64,000 bases of DNA from contig JBFLYN010000005.1 of the NCBI GenBank assembly GCA_040756655.1, positions 4,563 through 68,562 on the forward strand. Direction: 5' to 3'. The position numbers were made by a program, and so were the translations under genes. Numbering within the stretch: the first letter of the stretch is position 1; the number at the start of each line of letters is the position of its first letter. Of the stretch, positions 37,014 to 47,016 are shown piece after piece. Under the pieces are notes generated by a model. It worked only from the letters and a program-made list of their open reading frames with translations, did not search any database and was not told where the DNA came from. Source of the stretch: Bacillota bacterium. GTDB lineage: Bacteria > Bacillota > Sulfobacillia > UBA8153.

Positions 37014-38292
37014 AATGGGAAACAGGGTCCGCGTGCTGGTAGCGGGCGGGGGTTGGGCCGGGTGCGCTGCAGCGTTGGCGGCAGCCAGGGCCGGGGTCCA
37101 GGCAGTGATGTGCGAGCGCACCGACATGCTACTGGGCACAGGCCTGGCCGGGGGGATCATGCGCAACAATGGCCGCTGGACTGCGGCGGAGGAGATCATC
37201 GCCCTGGGGGGAGGCGAGCTCTTCCTGTGCTGCGATGAAAACGCCCTCCACCGTAACCTGGACTTCCCCGGGCACCGCCACGCCAGCCTATACAACGTGA
37301 TCAGCCTCGAACCAGCCGTGAGGCGGCTTTTGGCACGGGCCGGAGTGGAAGTACGGCTGGAGACCAGGATAGTGGGCGTTATCTCTGATGGACGGCATCT
37401 AGAGGCCGTGCGCACCCATGAGGGAGAGGAACTGGAGGCAGCGGCCTTTGTGGACGCCACGGGCACCGCCGGGCCCATGGGCAACTGCCACCGCTACGGC
37501 AACGGTTGTGTCATGTGCATGTTGCGCTGTCCGGCCTTCGGCCCGCGGGTGAGTGTCTCTGCCCTGGCAGGCGTGGGCGAACTGGCAGCCGTCAAGCGCG
37601 CCGGGCACCTGGGCGCCATGAGCGGGTCATGCAAGCTACCCAAGGCCAGCCTCGCCCCGGAACTGGCCCAGCGCTTGAGCCGGGAGGGAGTAGTCCGGCT
37701 GCCCCTGCCCGAACCACTGGCGGCCCGGAGCAAGCTGGGCCTGAAGGCCTGCCAGCAATACGCCCTGCCCGAATACGCCGAGTCGGTTATCCTCCTGGAC
37801 ACGGGCGACGTGAAGCTGATGTCGCCATACCTGGCCCTCGATGACCTGCGCCGCATCCCCGGGCTGGAAAACGCTGTGTACACCGATCCCAAGGCCGGAG
37901 GGCGCGGGAATTCCGTGCGCTTTACGGCGCTCACGCCTCATGGCCCCGAATTGCGGGTGGAGGGCCGCGAGAACCTGTTCTGTGCCGGAGAAAAATGCGG
38001 TGTGCTGGTGGGGCACACCGAAGCCATAGTCACCGGAACGCTGGCCGGGCATAATGCCGCCCGCGTGGCCCAGGCCCGCGCGCCCGTGACCCTGCCACCC
38101 CAGCTGGCGGTGGGGGATTTCGTCGCCTACACCACCCGGGTCTTCGGCACGCCGACAGGACAGTCGCAATCCTTCACCTTTGCCGGCTCCACGTACTTCG
38201 AGCGCATGCAAGCCAACGGCCTGTACCTTACGGACCCAGAGGATATCGCAGGGCGCATTCGCGCGGCTAGAGCCCATGGTCTCTTTACGTAG
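37014..38292 (+). CDS. GidA/MnmG/TrmFO-superfamily FAD-dependent oxidoreductase with an internal Cys cluster
   Basis: The N-terminal Rossmann motif is RVLVAGGGWAGCAAALAAARAG. The C-terminal LFCAGEKCGVLVGHTEAIVTGTLAGHNAA resembles the MnmG/TrmFO signature. A CHRYGNGCVMCMLRC motif (C-x6-C-x2-C-x3-C) suggests an Fe-S cluster. The gene lies 19 nt downstream of the PyrK-like gene and has its own GGGGAGG RBS. Confidence 0.55.
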
Positions 38293-38294
38293 CG

Positions 38295-39461
38295 CTAGCC
38301 CAGGGCCGCCCGGATCCTCTGGGTAGCCTCCCGCAGGCGGTCCTCTTCCACCGTGCAGGCAAAGCGAAGGTAGTCCCGCCCGGCTTTTCCGTAGGCAGCA
38401 CCGGGGACGGCGATGACGTGAGCTTGTTCCAGGAGGCGGGCAGCCAGCCCGGCTGCATCCTCGCCCGGCGGAGCCGGTGCCCACACGTAAAAGGTGCCCA
38501 AGGGAGCTTTTACGTCAAACCCCGCCTGGCGGAGGCCCTCCACCAGCACTTGCCTGCGGGCAGCGTAGACCTGGTTCATGCCGGTGATGAAATCAGCAGG
38601 ATCGTGCTCTAGGGCCGCCACCCCGGCCAGTTGCACGGCGGCAAACTGACCAGAGTCGGTGTTGGTCTTGATGATGCCCAGGGCCCGGAAGACCACATCC
38701 TGGTTGCCCAGGGCCGCACCCAACCGCCAGCCCGTCATGTTAAAAGGTTTAGACAGGGAGTAGAACTCCACGGCCACTTCCCGGGCTCCCGTCACTTGCA
38801 GGATGCTGGGCGCCCGGTAACCATCGAAAGTCAGCTCCACGTAGGCAGCATCGTGACACACCACCAGGCCGTGCCGGTGGGCAAAATCCACCACGTGCTC
38901 GAAAAAGCCCAGGTCGACCACGCCGGTGGTGGGGTTGTTGGGGTAGTTCAAAAGGAGTACCCGGGCCCGGTCGAGGACCGCGGCCGGCACCGCCTCTAAG
39001 TCGGGGAGGAAGCCATTGTCCGCGGCCAGAGGGAGCGGGTAGGGTTCAGCACCGGCCAGCAGAGTGTGGGTACGGTAGACCGGGTAGGCCGGTTCGGGCA
39101 CCAGCGCCACATCGCCGGGACCCACCAGCCCCCAGAGCAGGTGGGCCAGGCCTTCCTTGGACCCGATGACCGTCATCACTTCCCGCTCCGGGTCGAGGTT
39201 CACTCCGAAGCGGCGCTGGTAATAGCGGGCCATGGCCGAACGGAATTCCAGGATGCCCTCGTAAGGCGGGTAGCGGTGAGTGGCCGGGTCCTGGGCGGCC
39301 CGGGCAAGCGCCTCAATGACATGGATGGGGGTAGGGCGGTCGGGGTCCCCCACCCCGAGATCGATGAGGTCGGCCCCCTGCGCGGTCAGGGCGGCCTTCT
39401 TCTTGTTCAGTTCGGCAAACAGGTAGGGCGGTACCTGGGCAATGCGCTCTGCGAATCTCAC
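38295..39461 (-). CDS. dapL: LL-diaminopimelate aminotransferase (DapL-type class I aminotransferase)
   Basis: GTG start at 39461 (VRFAERIAQVPPYLFAELNKKKAALTAQGADLIDLGVGDPDRPTP...), with NPNNPTTGVV also present. The start overlaps the dapF stop in a GTGA arrangement. Confidence 0.8.
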   Translation of the reverse strand: MRFAERIAQVPPYLFAELNKKKAALTAQGADLIDLGVGDPDRPTPIHVIEALARAAQDPATHRYPPYEGILEFRSAMARYYQRRFGVNLDPEREVMTVIGSKEGLAHLLWGLVGPGDVALVPEPAYPVYRTHTLLAGAEPYPLPLAADNGFLPDLEAVPAAVLDRARVLLLNYPNNPTTGVVDLGFFEHVVDFAHRHGLVVCHDAAYVELTFDGYRAPSILQVTGAREVAVEFYSLSKPFNMTGWRLGAALGNQDVVFRALGIIKTNTDSGQFAAVQLAGVAALEHDPADFITGMNQVYAARRQVLVEGLRQAGFDVKAPLGTFYVWAPAPPGEDAAGLAARLLEQAHVIAVPGAAYGKAGRDYLRFACTVEEDRLREATQRIRAALG

Positions 39462-40318
39462 CGGACATTCCCTCCCGTCAAACCCGATGTAAACACCCCA
39501 GTGCAGATTTCCTCGGCCGGCCCCCGGTGCCAGGCATGGCCGTCGTCCCGCCAGACTATCTCCAGGGTCCCGCCTGGCTGGTGGACTTTGACCTCTCGCT
39601 GGCAACGCCCGGCCAACACGGCGGCCACTGCCGACGCCGTGGCTCCGGTGCCCGAGGCCATGGTGATACCTGAACCCCGCTCCCAGATGCGCATGGCCAG
39701 CTCCTGCTGGTTGAGAACCTGAACGAACTCCACGTTGGTCCGTTCAGGAAATGCTGGGTGGTGTTCTATGCTGGGACCAGTGTGCTCCACTTCCACTTGC
39801 CACACATCCTCGACGAAGATCACACAATGCGGGTTCCCCAGGGAAAGACAGGTCACCGGGAACTTGACCCCGTCGACTACCAGGAGTTCTCCTATGACAT
39901 GGTCGCCGGGAGGACCAACCATGGGAATATCGGCCCTTCTGAGCCGGGGGACGCCCATGTCTACCTCCACGGCAGTGACCTTCCCGCCCTCCACCACCAG
40001 GCGGGGCCGGATGATGCCGGCGAGGGTTTCCACGGCCAGTTCCTGCTTTTGGGTCAGGCCGCGGTCGTATACGAAACGGGCCAAGCAACGCATGCCGTTG
40101 CCGCACATCTGGGCCTCTGAACCATCGGCGTTGAACATGCGCATGCGAAAATCCGCCCGGTCTGACGGCAGGACCAGGATGAGTCCATCGGAACCGACAC
40201 CATAGTGGCGGTGGGAGACCCGCCGGGCCACCGTGGGCCAATCCGTCCCCTCGTCTCCCCGGGGGAGGTAGACGTAGATATAGTCATTGCCCAGCCCGTG
40301 CATTTTCACAAACTCCAT
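39458..40318 (-). CDS. dapF: diaminopimelate epimerase
   Basis: The ATG at 40318 gives MEFVKMHGLGNDYIYVYLPRG... and the catalytic Cys regions (MCGNGMRC, GSGTGA... MASGTGA) are present. Confidence 0.9.
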   Translation of the reverse strand: MEFVKMHGLGNDYIYVYLPRGDEGTDWPTVARRVSHRHYGVGSDGLILVLPSDRADFRMRMFNADGSEAQMCGNGMRCLARFVYDRGLTQKQELAVETLAGIIRPRLVVEGGKVTAVEVDMGVPRLRRADIPMVGPPGDHVIGELLVVDGVKFPVTCLSLGNPHCVIFVEDVWQVEVEHTGPSIEHHPAFPERTNVEFVQVLNQQELAMRIWERGSGITMASGTGATASAVAAVLAGRCQREVKVHQPGGTLEIVWRDDGHAWHRGPAEEICTGVFTSGLTGGNVR

Positions 40319-40341
40319 GGTGCACTCACTCCAGTCCCGGT

Positions 40342-43077
40342 TTAAAGATCGTGTCTTTCCACCCCGGAGCGTGCAATTCCTGCCACAACTTGCGCCAGAA
40401 GATGCCTGACGGCGGCTGTTACCAGCATCAGGCCGGACACGGCCAGCGCCGCCATCCATTCTTCCAAGGTTAGACTCCTAGTCTGGAAGTGCGGCTGCAG
40501 GGCCGGGTGAGTGGCCGCCACCAGGGTCATGGCCACTGAGCACGTCACCGCCACCACGAGCCAGGGGTTGCTGGTCAGGCCCATGCTGAAGACGTTGCGC
40601 GTTTCCGACCGGCACTCAAAAACGTGGAAAAGCTGGCAAAACACCAGTGTAACAAAGGCCACGGTGCGGGCCCGGGCAACATCGCCGGTCTGGCCGAGGC
40701 ACCAGCCGAAGGTCAGCGCCGTGGCCGCTGCGATCATTATCCCGCGCACCGCTATCTTTATGCCAAGGCCCCTGGAAAACACACCCTCCTCGCTCCGCCG
40801 GGGCGGGCGCCGCATGTTGTCCGGGTCCGCCGGGTCCACGCCCAGGGCCATGGCGGGCAGCCCGTCGGTGACCAGGTTGACCCACAGGATCTGCATGGGT
40901 ATTAGGGGCAGTGGCCATCCCAGCAGGACGGCGGCCAGCATGACCAGGACTTCGCCTACGTTACATGAAAGAAGGTACCGGATGAACTTGCGGATGTTGT
41001 CGTAGATGGCCCGCCCTTCCTCCACCGCCGCCACGATAGTGCGGAAGTTGTCATCGGCCAAGATCATGTCGGAGGCCTCTTTGGTCACGTCGGTGCCCGA
41101 AAGCCCCATGGCGATGCCGATGTCCGCTTCCTTGACGGCCGGCGCGTCGTTGACCCCATCGCCGGTCATGGCTACCACGTGTCCCTGGGCCCGGAAGGCC
41201 CGGATGAGCCTGAGCTTGTGCTGGGGTGAAACCCGGGCGTAAACCGAAGTGTGCTCCAGGTGGCGGGCCAGTGCCGGGTCGTCCAGTGCGTCTAGCTGGG
41301 CGCCCGTCAGCACGCCTGTGCCCGGGGTCATGAGGCCGGTCTCCCGGGCGACGGCTGCGGCTGTGGCCGGGTGATCACCGGTGATCATGACCGGCCGGAT
41401 GCCCGCCTGGCGGCACCTGGATACCGCCAGCACCGCTTCGGGCCTGGGGGGATCCAACAGTCCCACGATGCCCAGGAAAACCGCGTCTTTCTCAATTTCC
41501 GTCTCACCGGTCGCGGGCAGGTCCCGGTAGGCCAGCGCCAGGACACGCAGCGCCTGCCCGGCCATGGTATCGGCCTGACCGGTGATGCGCCTTTGCCACC
41601 CGGCGTCCAGCCGGTGTTCGGAATCCCCGGCCCGGGCTAGACTGCACATGCCCATGACCGTATCAGGCGCGCCCTTGATGTAGGCACGTCGCACGGCGCC
41701 GCGCTGGACGACCACGCTCATGCAGCGGCGCTCGGCGCTGAAAGGTAGTTCGTCCACGCGGGGGTTGCATCGTGAGAGCGTTTCCCCATCCAGGCCCAGT
41801 TTGGCCGCTGCCACCAGCAGGGCGCCCTCGGTGGGGTCCCCGCTTACCTTCCACTTCCGCTGGATCCTACCCCGTTGCCTTACGTTTTCCTGGAGTAGCC
41901 GTGCATTGTTACAGATGGCCCCGGCGGTGAGGATCAAGGCAAGATCCGGCGCTGCCGGGGCGCCTTCCACCAGGCTGAACTGGCCCTCCGGGCTGTAGCC
42001 GCTGCCGCTGACCTCGTAACGAGCTCCGGAGGCCAGGGTCACTTCCCGGAGAGTCATCTCGTTTTTGGTGAGCGTCCCGGTCTTATCCGAGCAGATCAGG
42101 GTGGCGCACCCCAGGGTCTCCACAGCCGGCAGCCTCCGTACTATGGCCGAACGCGCCGCCATGCGCTGTACGCCCAGGGCCAGCGCTACCGTGACCACGG
42201 CCGGGAGCCCCTCCGGTATGGCGGCCACGGCCAGGCTGACCCCGGCCAGGAACATGTGGAACCAGGACTCACCGCGGGTGATGCCGGCTGCCACCACCAG
42301 CCCGCAGACAAGAAGACAGGCCAGCCCCAGGTAGCGGCCAAGATGGTCCAGGCGTCGCTGGAGGGGAGTGTCCCCGGTGCCGGCCTCTTCGATGGTTTCG
42401 GCGATGGCCCCCATTTCCGTCTCCATGCCCGTGGCCACCACTACTCCCCGGGCCCGGCCCTGGGTCACCACCGTTCCCATGAACACCATGTTGGTCCAGT
42501 CGGGCGACGCTAGCTCCCGGCCGGGTAGCACCCCGGCATGCTTGGCCACGGGCAGGGATTCGCCGGTCAGGAGCGATTGGTCCACTTCCAGCGCCCGGGC
42601 GTGCAAAATCCGGGCATCGGCGGGCACCCGGTCGCCCGGGCCCAGCTGGATGATGTCCCCTGGCACCAGCTCCTCGGCCGGGACCACGCATTCAGCTCCG
42701 TCACGCAGCGCCCGGGCCACCGGAGCGGTCATGCGTTTCAGTGCATGTAAGGAACGCTCGGCCCGGTATTCCTGCACAAAGCCCAAGACGGCGTTGAGCA
42801 CCACGATGACCACGATAGTGACGGCGTCGGCCACTTCCCCCAAGAGGGCGGCCACGGCAGTGGCGGCCAGCAACATCATGACCATGAAATCCTTGAACTG
42901 GTCCAAGAGGATCCGGAGCACCGGGAGCCCGTCGCCGGTTTCCAGGACATTAAGCCCGTAGCGGTCCAGCCGTTCGCGGCACTGGCGGCTGGTAAGCCCC
43001 TCCCACGAACTGCCCAGAAGCTCCAGGACCGTGTCGTTGTCCAGCCCGTGCCAGTGCAGTTTTCCCACTCCCGTCAA
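40342..43077 (-). CDS. calcium-translocating P-type ATPase (PMCA/SERCA-like, YloB homologue)
   Basis: 911-aa ORF with DKTGTLT, TGDGVNDAPAVK and MTGD motifs and 10 TM segments. The start is a TTG at 43077 or a GTG at 43068; neither has a good RBS. Confidence 0.9.
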   Translation of the reverse strand: MTGVGKLHWHGLDNDTVLELLGSSWEGLTSRQCRERLDRYGLNVLETGDGLPVLRILLDQFKDFMVMMLLAATAVAALLGEVADAVTIVVIVVLNAVLGFVQEYRAERSLHALKRMTAPVARALRDGAECVVPAEELVPGDIIQLGPGDRVPADARILHARALEVDQSLLTGESLPVAKHAGVLPGRELASPDWTNMVFMGTVVTQGRARGVVVATGMETEMGAIAETIEEAGTGDTPLQRRLDHLGRYLGLACLLVCGLVVAAGITRGESWFHMFLAGVSLAVAAIPEGLPAVVTVALALGVQRMAARSAIVRRLPAVETLGCATLICSDKTGTLTKNEMTLREVTLASGARYEVSGSGYSPEGQFSLVEGAPAAPDLALILTAGAICNNARLLQENVRQRGRIQRKWKVSGDPTEGALLVAAAKLGLDGETLSRCNPRVDELPFSAERRCMSVVVQRGAVRRAYIKGAPDTVMGMCSLARAGDSEHRLDAGWQRRITGQADTMAGQALRVLALAYRDLPATGETEIEKDAVFLGIVGLLDPPRPEAVLAVSRCRQAGIRPVMITGDHPATAAAVARETGLMTPGTGVLTGAQLDALDDPALARHLEHTSVYARVSPQHKLRLIRAFRAQGHVVAMTGDGVNDAPAVKEADIGIAMGLSGTDVTKEASDMILADDNFRTIVAAVEEGRAIYDNIRKFIRYLLSCNVGEVLVMLAAVLLGWPLPLIPMQILWVNLVTDGLPAMALGVDPADPDNMRRPPRRSEEGVFSRGLGIKIAVRGIMIAAATALTFGWCLGQTGDVARARTVAFVTLVFCQLFHVFECRSETRNVFSMGLTSNPWLVVAVTCSVAMTLVAATHPALQPHFQTRSLTLEEWMAALAVSGLMLVTAAVRHLLAQVVAGIARSGVERHDL

Positions 43078-43149
43078 GGCGCGCTATCAGATGAATATGC
43101 CGGGAGTGAAAGGAAAAGCCCGGCCAACGGCCGGGCGCCAAGGATGCAG

Positions 43150-43254
43150 CTACTTCTTTGCGAAAGTGTCTTTGCCCTCACACTGGGGACACTTGCGGGG
43201 CTTGCACCTGGCATCCTTTTCATGGCCGCACGCTGCACATTTCCAAACTGCCAC
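43150..43254 (-). CDS. unannotated 34-aa zinc-ribbon (CxxC...CxxC) mini-protein
   Basis: The GTG at 43254 is preceded by GGAGAGGAGGG and gives VAVWKCAACGHEKDARCKPRKCPQCEGKDTFAKK followed by a stop. It sits between the Clp1-like gene and the ATPase gene and is absent from the supplied ORF list. Confidence 0.45.
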   Translation of the reverse strand: MAVWKCAACGHEKDARCKPRKCPQCEGKDTFAKK

Positions 43255-43273
43255 CCGGATCCCTCCTCTCCCG

Positions 43274-44449
43274 TCAGATCTCTTTGGGCCGCAACCTTCC
43301 CAGTTCCCGGCCGTCCCGGGTCACCCGGGTGGTGCCGAACACCAGGCCGGTCACGGCCACCTCTACCGGCGTGTACACCCGGGCCTTCCCGCCGGCAAAG
43401 TCCAACCCCTCCAAGACTCCCGTGCCGGCCAGCTCACCCCGGCCGTCCAACAGACCCACCTGGAGCTGGTCGTATGCCGACTGGGACACGGCGTACACAC
43501 GACTTCTGTCCATCAACACAGGACGCGAGGGTGGGGATCCGGGCACCACGGCATAGATGCCATCGGCCGCCCGCTCGGCGTAGACTACCCCAGTTCCCAG
43601 CCGCAATTCCAGGGCCCGGCAGGCAGCGTCATCCAGGCGCTCTCCCGTGCGGTAGCGGGTGCGCAGGCACCTTACGCTGGCCAGGTCCAGCACGCGCAGG
43701 CTCCCGCCTTCCATGGCCCGCCGGTACCCTTCTTCGCGGGCTGCGCGCCGGTACTCCCGGTCTTTCCTCTGGACCCCCGGGGGTACTGCCAGCCTCCAGA
43801 TGCGGGAAGTGCTGGTATCCGGGTAGGCTCGTAACAGGTGCTCTACCTCGCCGGCCCGTTGGAGGGCGACCAGGTGCCGGGGCCTGAGGCCCTCCAGCTT
43901 GGCACCCTTCAGGTAACGCCCGTACGGCCCGTGGATGAGCCCGGTGGTGTTGACCACCACGGCGATGGCACCGCTTTGACGAGCCGCCTCCACCATGCGC
44001 CAGATGCCTGCCAAGAAGGTGGCCTCCACTCCCGGCGGCGAGGTGGCTCCCACGAAAAAGGCAGCGTCCGGGCTAAGTTCGCTCCAACGGGCGACTGGGC
44101 CCCGCACCCGGGCCATGGCGATGGTGCCCGGCGGGCCCAGGTCAGACTGGCCCGTATCCGTGTCCACTATGGCAGTAGCCAGCCCGGCCACAAACAGCAT
44201 GCGGGCCAATTCCAGGACGAACGTGGACTTGCCCGTGTCTGGGCCCCCTACAACCAGCACCAGTCCCGGGTCGGCCCGCACCCTTTCTACTAAGAAGCGC
44301 CCAGTTTGCATGGGTGGAATATTCTCCTCTCCCCATCCGCCGGGCTTCCTGCTCACCGCAGGTAACCTGCTGGTGGACCACGGGCCCCAGCTTGAGTGGC
44401 CCGGAGGATGGGGTCCCTTCAGAATGTTACTCTGACGTAGCGTATCCAC
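43274..44449 (-). CDS. Clp1/Grc3-family P-loop polynucleotide kinase homologue
   Basis: GRFLVERVRADPGLVLVVGGPDTGKSTFVLELARMLFVAGLATAIVDTDTGQSDLGPPGTIAMARV matches the Clp1 P-loop and the following D.GQ/PG segment. The start is either the GTG at 44449 or the ATG at 44311. Confidence 0.6.
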   Translation of the reverse strand: MDTLRQSNILKGPHPPGHSSWGPWSTSRLPAVSRKPGGWGEENIPPMQTGRFLVERVRADPGLVLVVGGPDTGKSTFVLELARMLFVAGLATAIVDTDTGQSDLGPPGTIAMARVRGPVARWSELSPDAAFFVGATSPPGVEATFLAGIWRMVEAARQSGAIAVVVNTTGLIHGPYGRYLKGAKLEGLRPRHLVALQRAGEVEHLLRAYPDTSTSRIWRLAVPPGVQRKDREYRRAAREEGYRRAMEGGSLRVLDLASVRCLRTRYRTGERLDDAACRALELRLGTGVVYAERAADGIYAVVPGSPPSRPVLMDRSRVYAVSQSAYDQLQVGLLDGRGELAGTGVLEGLDFAGGKARVYTPVEVAVTGLVFGTTRVTRDGRELGRLRPKEI

Positions 44450-44557
44450 TCTTCCAGGTAGGTTCGAGGCGACCGCCCGGGGATCTCCGGTAGGCTTGCA
44501 CTAACCCGTCCCCTCCTGCCCGTCTCTCGAACCTTGCCAGAGTGAAGCTACTCCCCC

Positions 44558-45109
44558 CTATTTGAAAAGTTCCCAGTATTCATCGCCCCAGTACTTCCTG
44601 ATAAACTCGTCCCGTCCGGACGCCATACGGTCTGCCTTGTACACGGCGGGGCACTTTCGGTGAAAGTCCTGGTGGTACTCTTCGGCATGGTAAAAGACAC
44701 CCGCCGGCAAAATCGCGGTAACGATGGGGCCGGGGAACCGGCCCGAAGCCTCCAACTCCTGCTTCGAGGCCTCGGCTTTTTGCCTTTGCTCTTCGTTGGT
44801 GTAGAAGATGGCTGCCCGGTAGGACGGGCCCCGGTCATGAAACTGACCGCCCGGGTCGGTGGGATCGATCTGCATCCAGAAGGCTTTGAGGAGTATGTCG
44901 TAACTGGTGATGGCCGGGTCGTAGGTGATGCATACGGCTTCATAATGCCCGGAGGTCTGGGACTTGACCTCCTCGTAGGTGGGGTTTTCCAGGTGACCGC
45001 CGGTGTAGCCAGAGCGTACTTCCAAGACCCCGTCCAGCAGTGCAAATGGGGATACCATGCACCAAAAACACCCGCCGGCGAATACGGCAGTAGCTGCCCG
45101 GTTGCCCAT
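44558..45109 (-). CDS. msrA: peptide methionine sulfoxide reductase MsrA
   Basis: The ATG at 45109 gives MGNRAATAVFAGGCFWCMVSPF...GYTGGH...HQDFHRKCP, with the GCFWC active site. Confidence 0.9.
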   Translation of the reverse strand: MGNRAATAVFAGGCFWCMVSPFALLDGVLEVRSGYTGGHLENPTYEEVKSQTSGHYEAVCITYDPAITSYDILLKAFWMQIDPTDPGGQFHDRGPSYRAAIFYTNEEQRQKAEASKQELEASGRFPGPIVTAILPAGVFYHAEEYHQDFHRKCPAVYKADRMASGRDEFIRKYWGDEYWELFK

Positions 45110-45288
45110 GCTCGTGTTTCCTCCCGTTCGGACCGCTGCTTTCCGTCTGGCATGGATATTCTCCTCCACCGCCCGGCTTCCTGCATGCGTGGCTGGCGGG
45201 TTGTGGATGGCCACCTCTTACTGGTATAATCGGGGTTACCGGGCCCGGTGAACTTCTGGACCCAGGTTTGGCTGTGGAGGACGGCAAC

Positions 45289-47016
45289 ATGACCATGGAC
45301 GCTGCCGCCCTGGCGGGTATAGTTTTCGACGTGAGGCAATGGACGGGCGCCCGGGTAGACCGGGTGTTTCAGCCGTCGGCTTCCGAGGTCCATCTTTCGC
45401 TAAGGCGGCCCGGACAGGCCCAGCGCCTGTGCCTGGGGCTCAGGCCGGACCTGCCCCGCCTCCATTTCACCGCCGCCCGCCCGGAAAACCCTGCCCATCC
45501 CCCGGCCTTCTGCATGGGCCTGAGAAAGTGGCTGGAAGGCGCCCGCCTCCTGCGGGTGGAGTACCCACCCTGGGAACGGTGGGTGGGGTTGCACTTCGCT
45601 GGCCGCTCCAGCCTGGGTGACGAGGTAGAACTGGGGCTCTATGCCGAGCTCATCCCCGGGGCCACCAACCTGGTGCTGGTGCGCCTGCCCAACCGCCAGG
45701 TGCTGGCTGCGCTCAAGCCCGGTACAACCAGCTACCAGCCGCCGCCTCCCCTGTCCGGACCACTGCCCGGCCAAGTTAGCGAAGAAGCACTGGCCGCCGG
45801 GCTCCAGGGCGAAGGGCCGGCCTGGCAGTGCATCCTGGGCACGGTCCGGGGCTTCGGCCCGGTGCTGGCCCGGGAGGCCGTGTACCGTGCCGGCTTCGAC
45901 CCCGGGGCTCCGCCCCGGTTGGTGGAGCCTGCCCGGCTGACGCGGGCGGTGGGCGGGATCGCTGCGGAAGTGGCGGCCGGGCAGTTTTGGCCGGCGGCAT
46001 ATTGCGATGGCCAAGGGCGGCCGCGGCTTTGGCATGTGCTCAAACTGGCGCACCTCCCGGGTCACGTGGCAGAAGCGGCTGAAACCGCCAGCGCCGCCGC
46101 GGACCGCTTCTACACCGCCCACCTGGAGGAAGCAGCCTTCCGCTCCCGGCTCTCGGCCCTGCAAGGCGCACTGGCATCTGCTCGTAAGCGGCTGGAACGC
46201 AAGCGGCTGGCCCAAGCGGCAGACCTACAGCGAGCCGGGGCGGCAGGGGATTTCCGGCTCTGGGCCGAACTCCTCACCGCCTACGCCGACCGGGTGCCAC
46301 CCGGGACCGCTACGGCCAGCCTTCCCAATTACTACCTGCCTGGTAGCCCCGAAGTGTCCATTCCCCTGGACCCGGCGCTGAATGCCCGGGCCAATGCCCG
46401 GGTCTATTTTGACCGTCACGCCAAGGCCGAACGCACACGCCGTGCGGCCACCAAAGAGCTGGAGCGCACCGGGGCCGAACTTGAGTACCTGGAGCGGGTT
46501 AGCGAGACGGTGGAAGCCTGCCGGACCGTGCAGGACCTGGGCGAGGTCTGGGAAGAGCTCGGCGCGGCCGGGTTCATCCGAAACCCACCCGGGCCAGCCG
46601 GGACCCGGGCCCCGAAACCCGACTTCACCGGGCTGGAACTGGTATCTTCACGGGGCGATAGGATCATGGTGGGAAAAAACCACCGGCAGAACGAGCAGCT
46701 GGTGCGGGTGGCCCGGCCCGATGACGTGTGGCTCCACGCCCGGGGCGTGCCCGGCGCTCACGTGCTGCTCCGCCCCGGTAGCGACCAGGGCAGGGAATGG
46801 CCGTCCCGGGAAAGCCTGGAAGAAGCCGCTGAACTTGCCGCGCATTTCAGTCGGGCGGGCAAAGCCCGGTGGGTGGAGGTAGACTGGACCCGGGCCCGGC
46901 ACGTACGGCGGCCCCGCGACGCCAGGCCCGGGCAGGTCATCTATGATCACCAGCAGACTGTACGGGTCAGCTCCGTCCCCCGGCTTTTTCCCTCGCGCAA
47001 CCCACCAGCTGGCTGA
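45289..47016 (+). CDS. rqcH: RqcH/YloA (NFACT family, FbpA-like) ribosome quality control protein
   Basis: The ATG at 45289 has a GGAGGA RBS. NFACT-N, coiled-coil and NFACT-R (DUF814) domains are present (...SSRGDRIMVGKNHRQNEQLVRVARPDDVWLHARGVPGAHVLL...). Confidence 0.85.
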   Translation: MTMDAAALAGIVFDVRQWTGARVDRVFQPSASEVHLSLRRPGQAQRLCLGLRPDLPRLHFTAARPENPAHPPAFCMGLRKWLEGARLLRVEYPPWERWVGLHFAGRSSLGDEVELGLYAELIPGATNLVLVRLPNRQVLAALKPGTTSYQPPPPLSGPLPGQVSEEALAAGLQGEGPAWQCILGTVRGFGPVLAREAVYRAGFDPGAPPRLVEPARLTRAVGGIAAEVAAGQFWPAAYCDGQGRPRLWHVLKLAHLPGHVAEAAETASAAADRFYTAHLEEAAFRSRLSALQGALASARKRLERKRLAQAADLQRAGAAGDFRLWAELLTAYADRVPPGTATASLPNYYLPGSPEVSIPLDPALNARANARVYFDRHAKAERTRRAATKELERTGAELEYLERVSETVEACRTVQDLGEVWEELGAAGFIRNPPGPAGTRAPKPDFTGLELVSSRGDRIMVGKNHRQNEQLVRVARPDDVWLHARGVPGAHVLLRPGSDQGREWPSRESLEEAAELAAHFSRAGKARWVEVDWTRARHVRRPRDARPGQVIYDHQQTVRVSSVPRLFPSRNPPAG

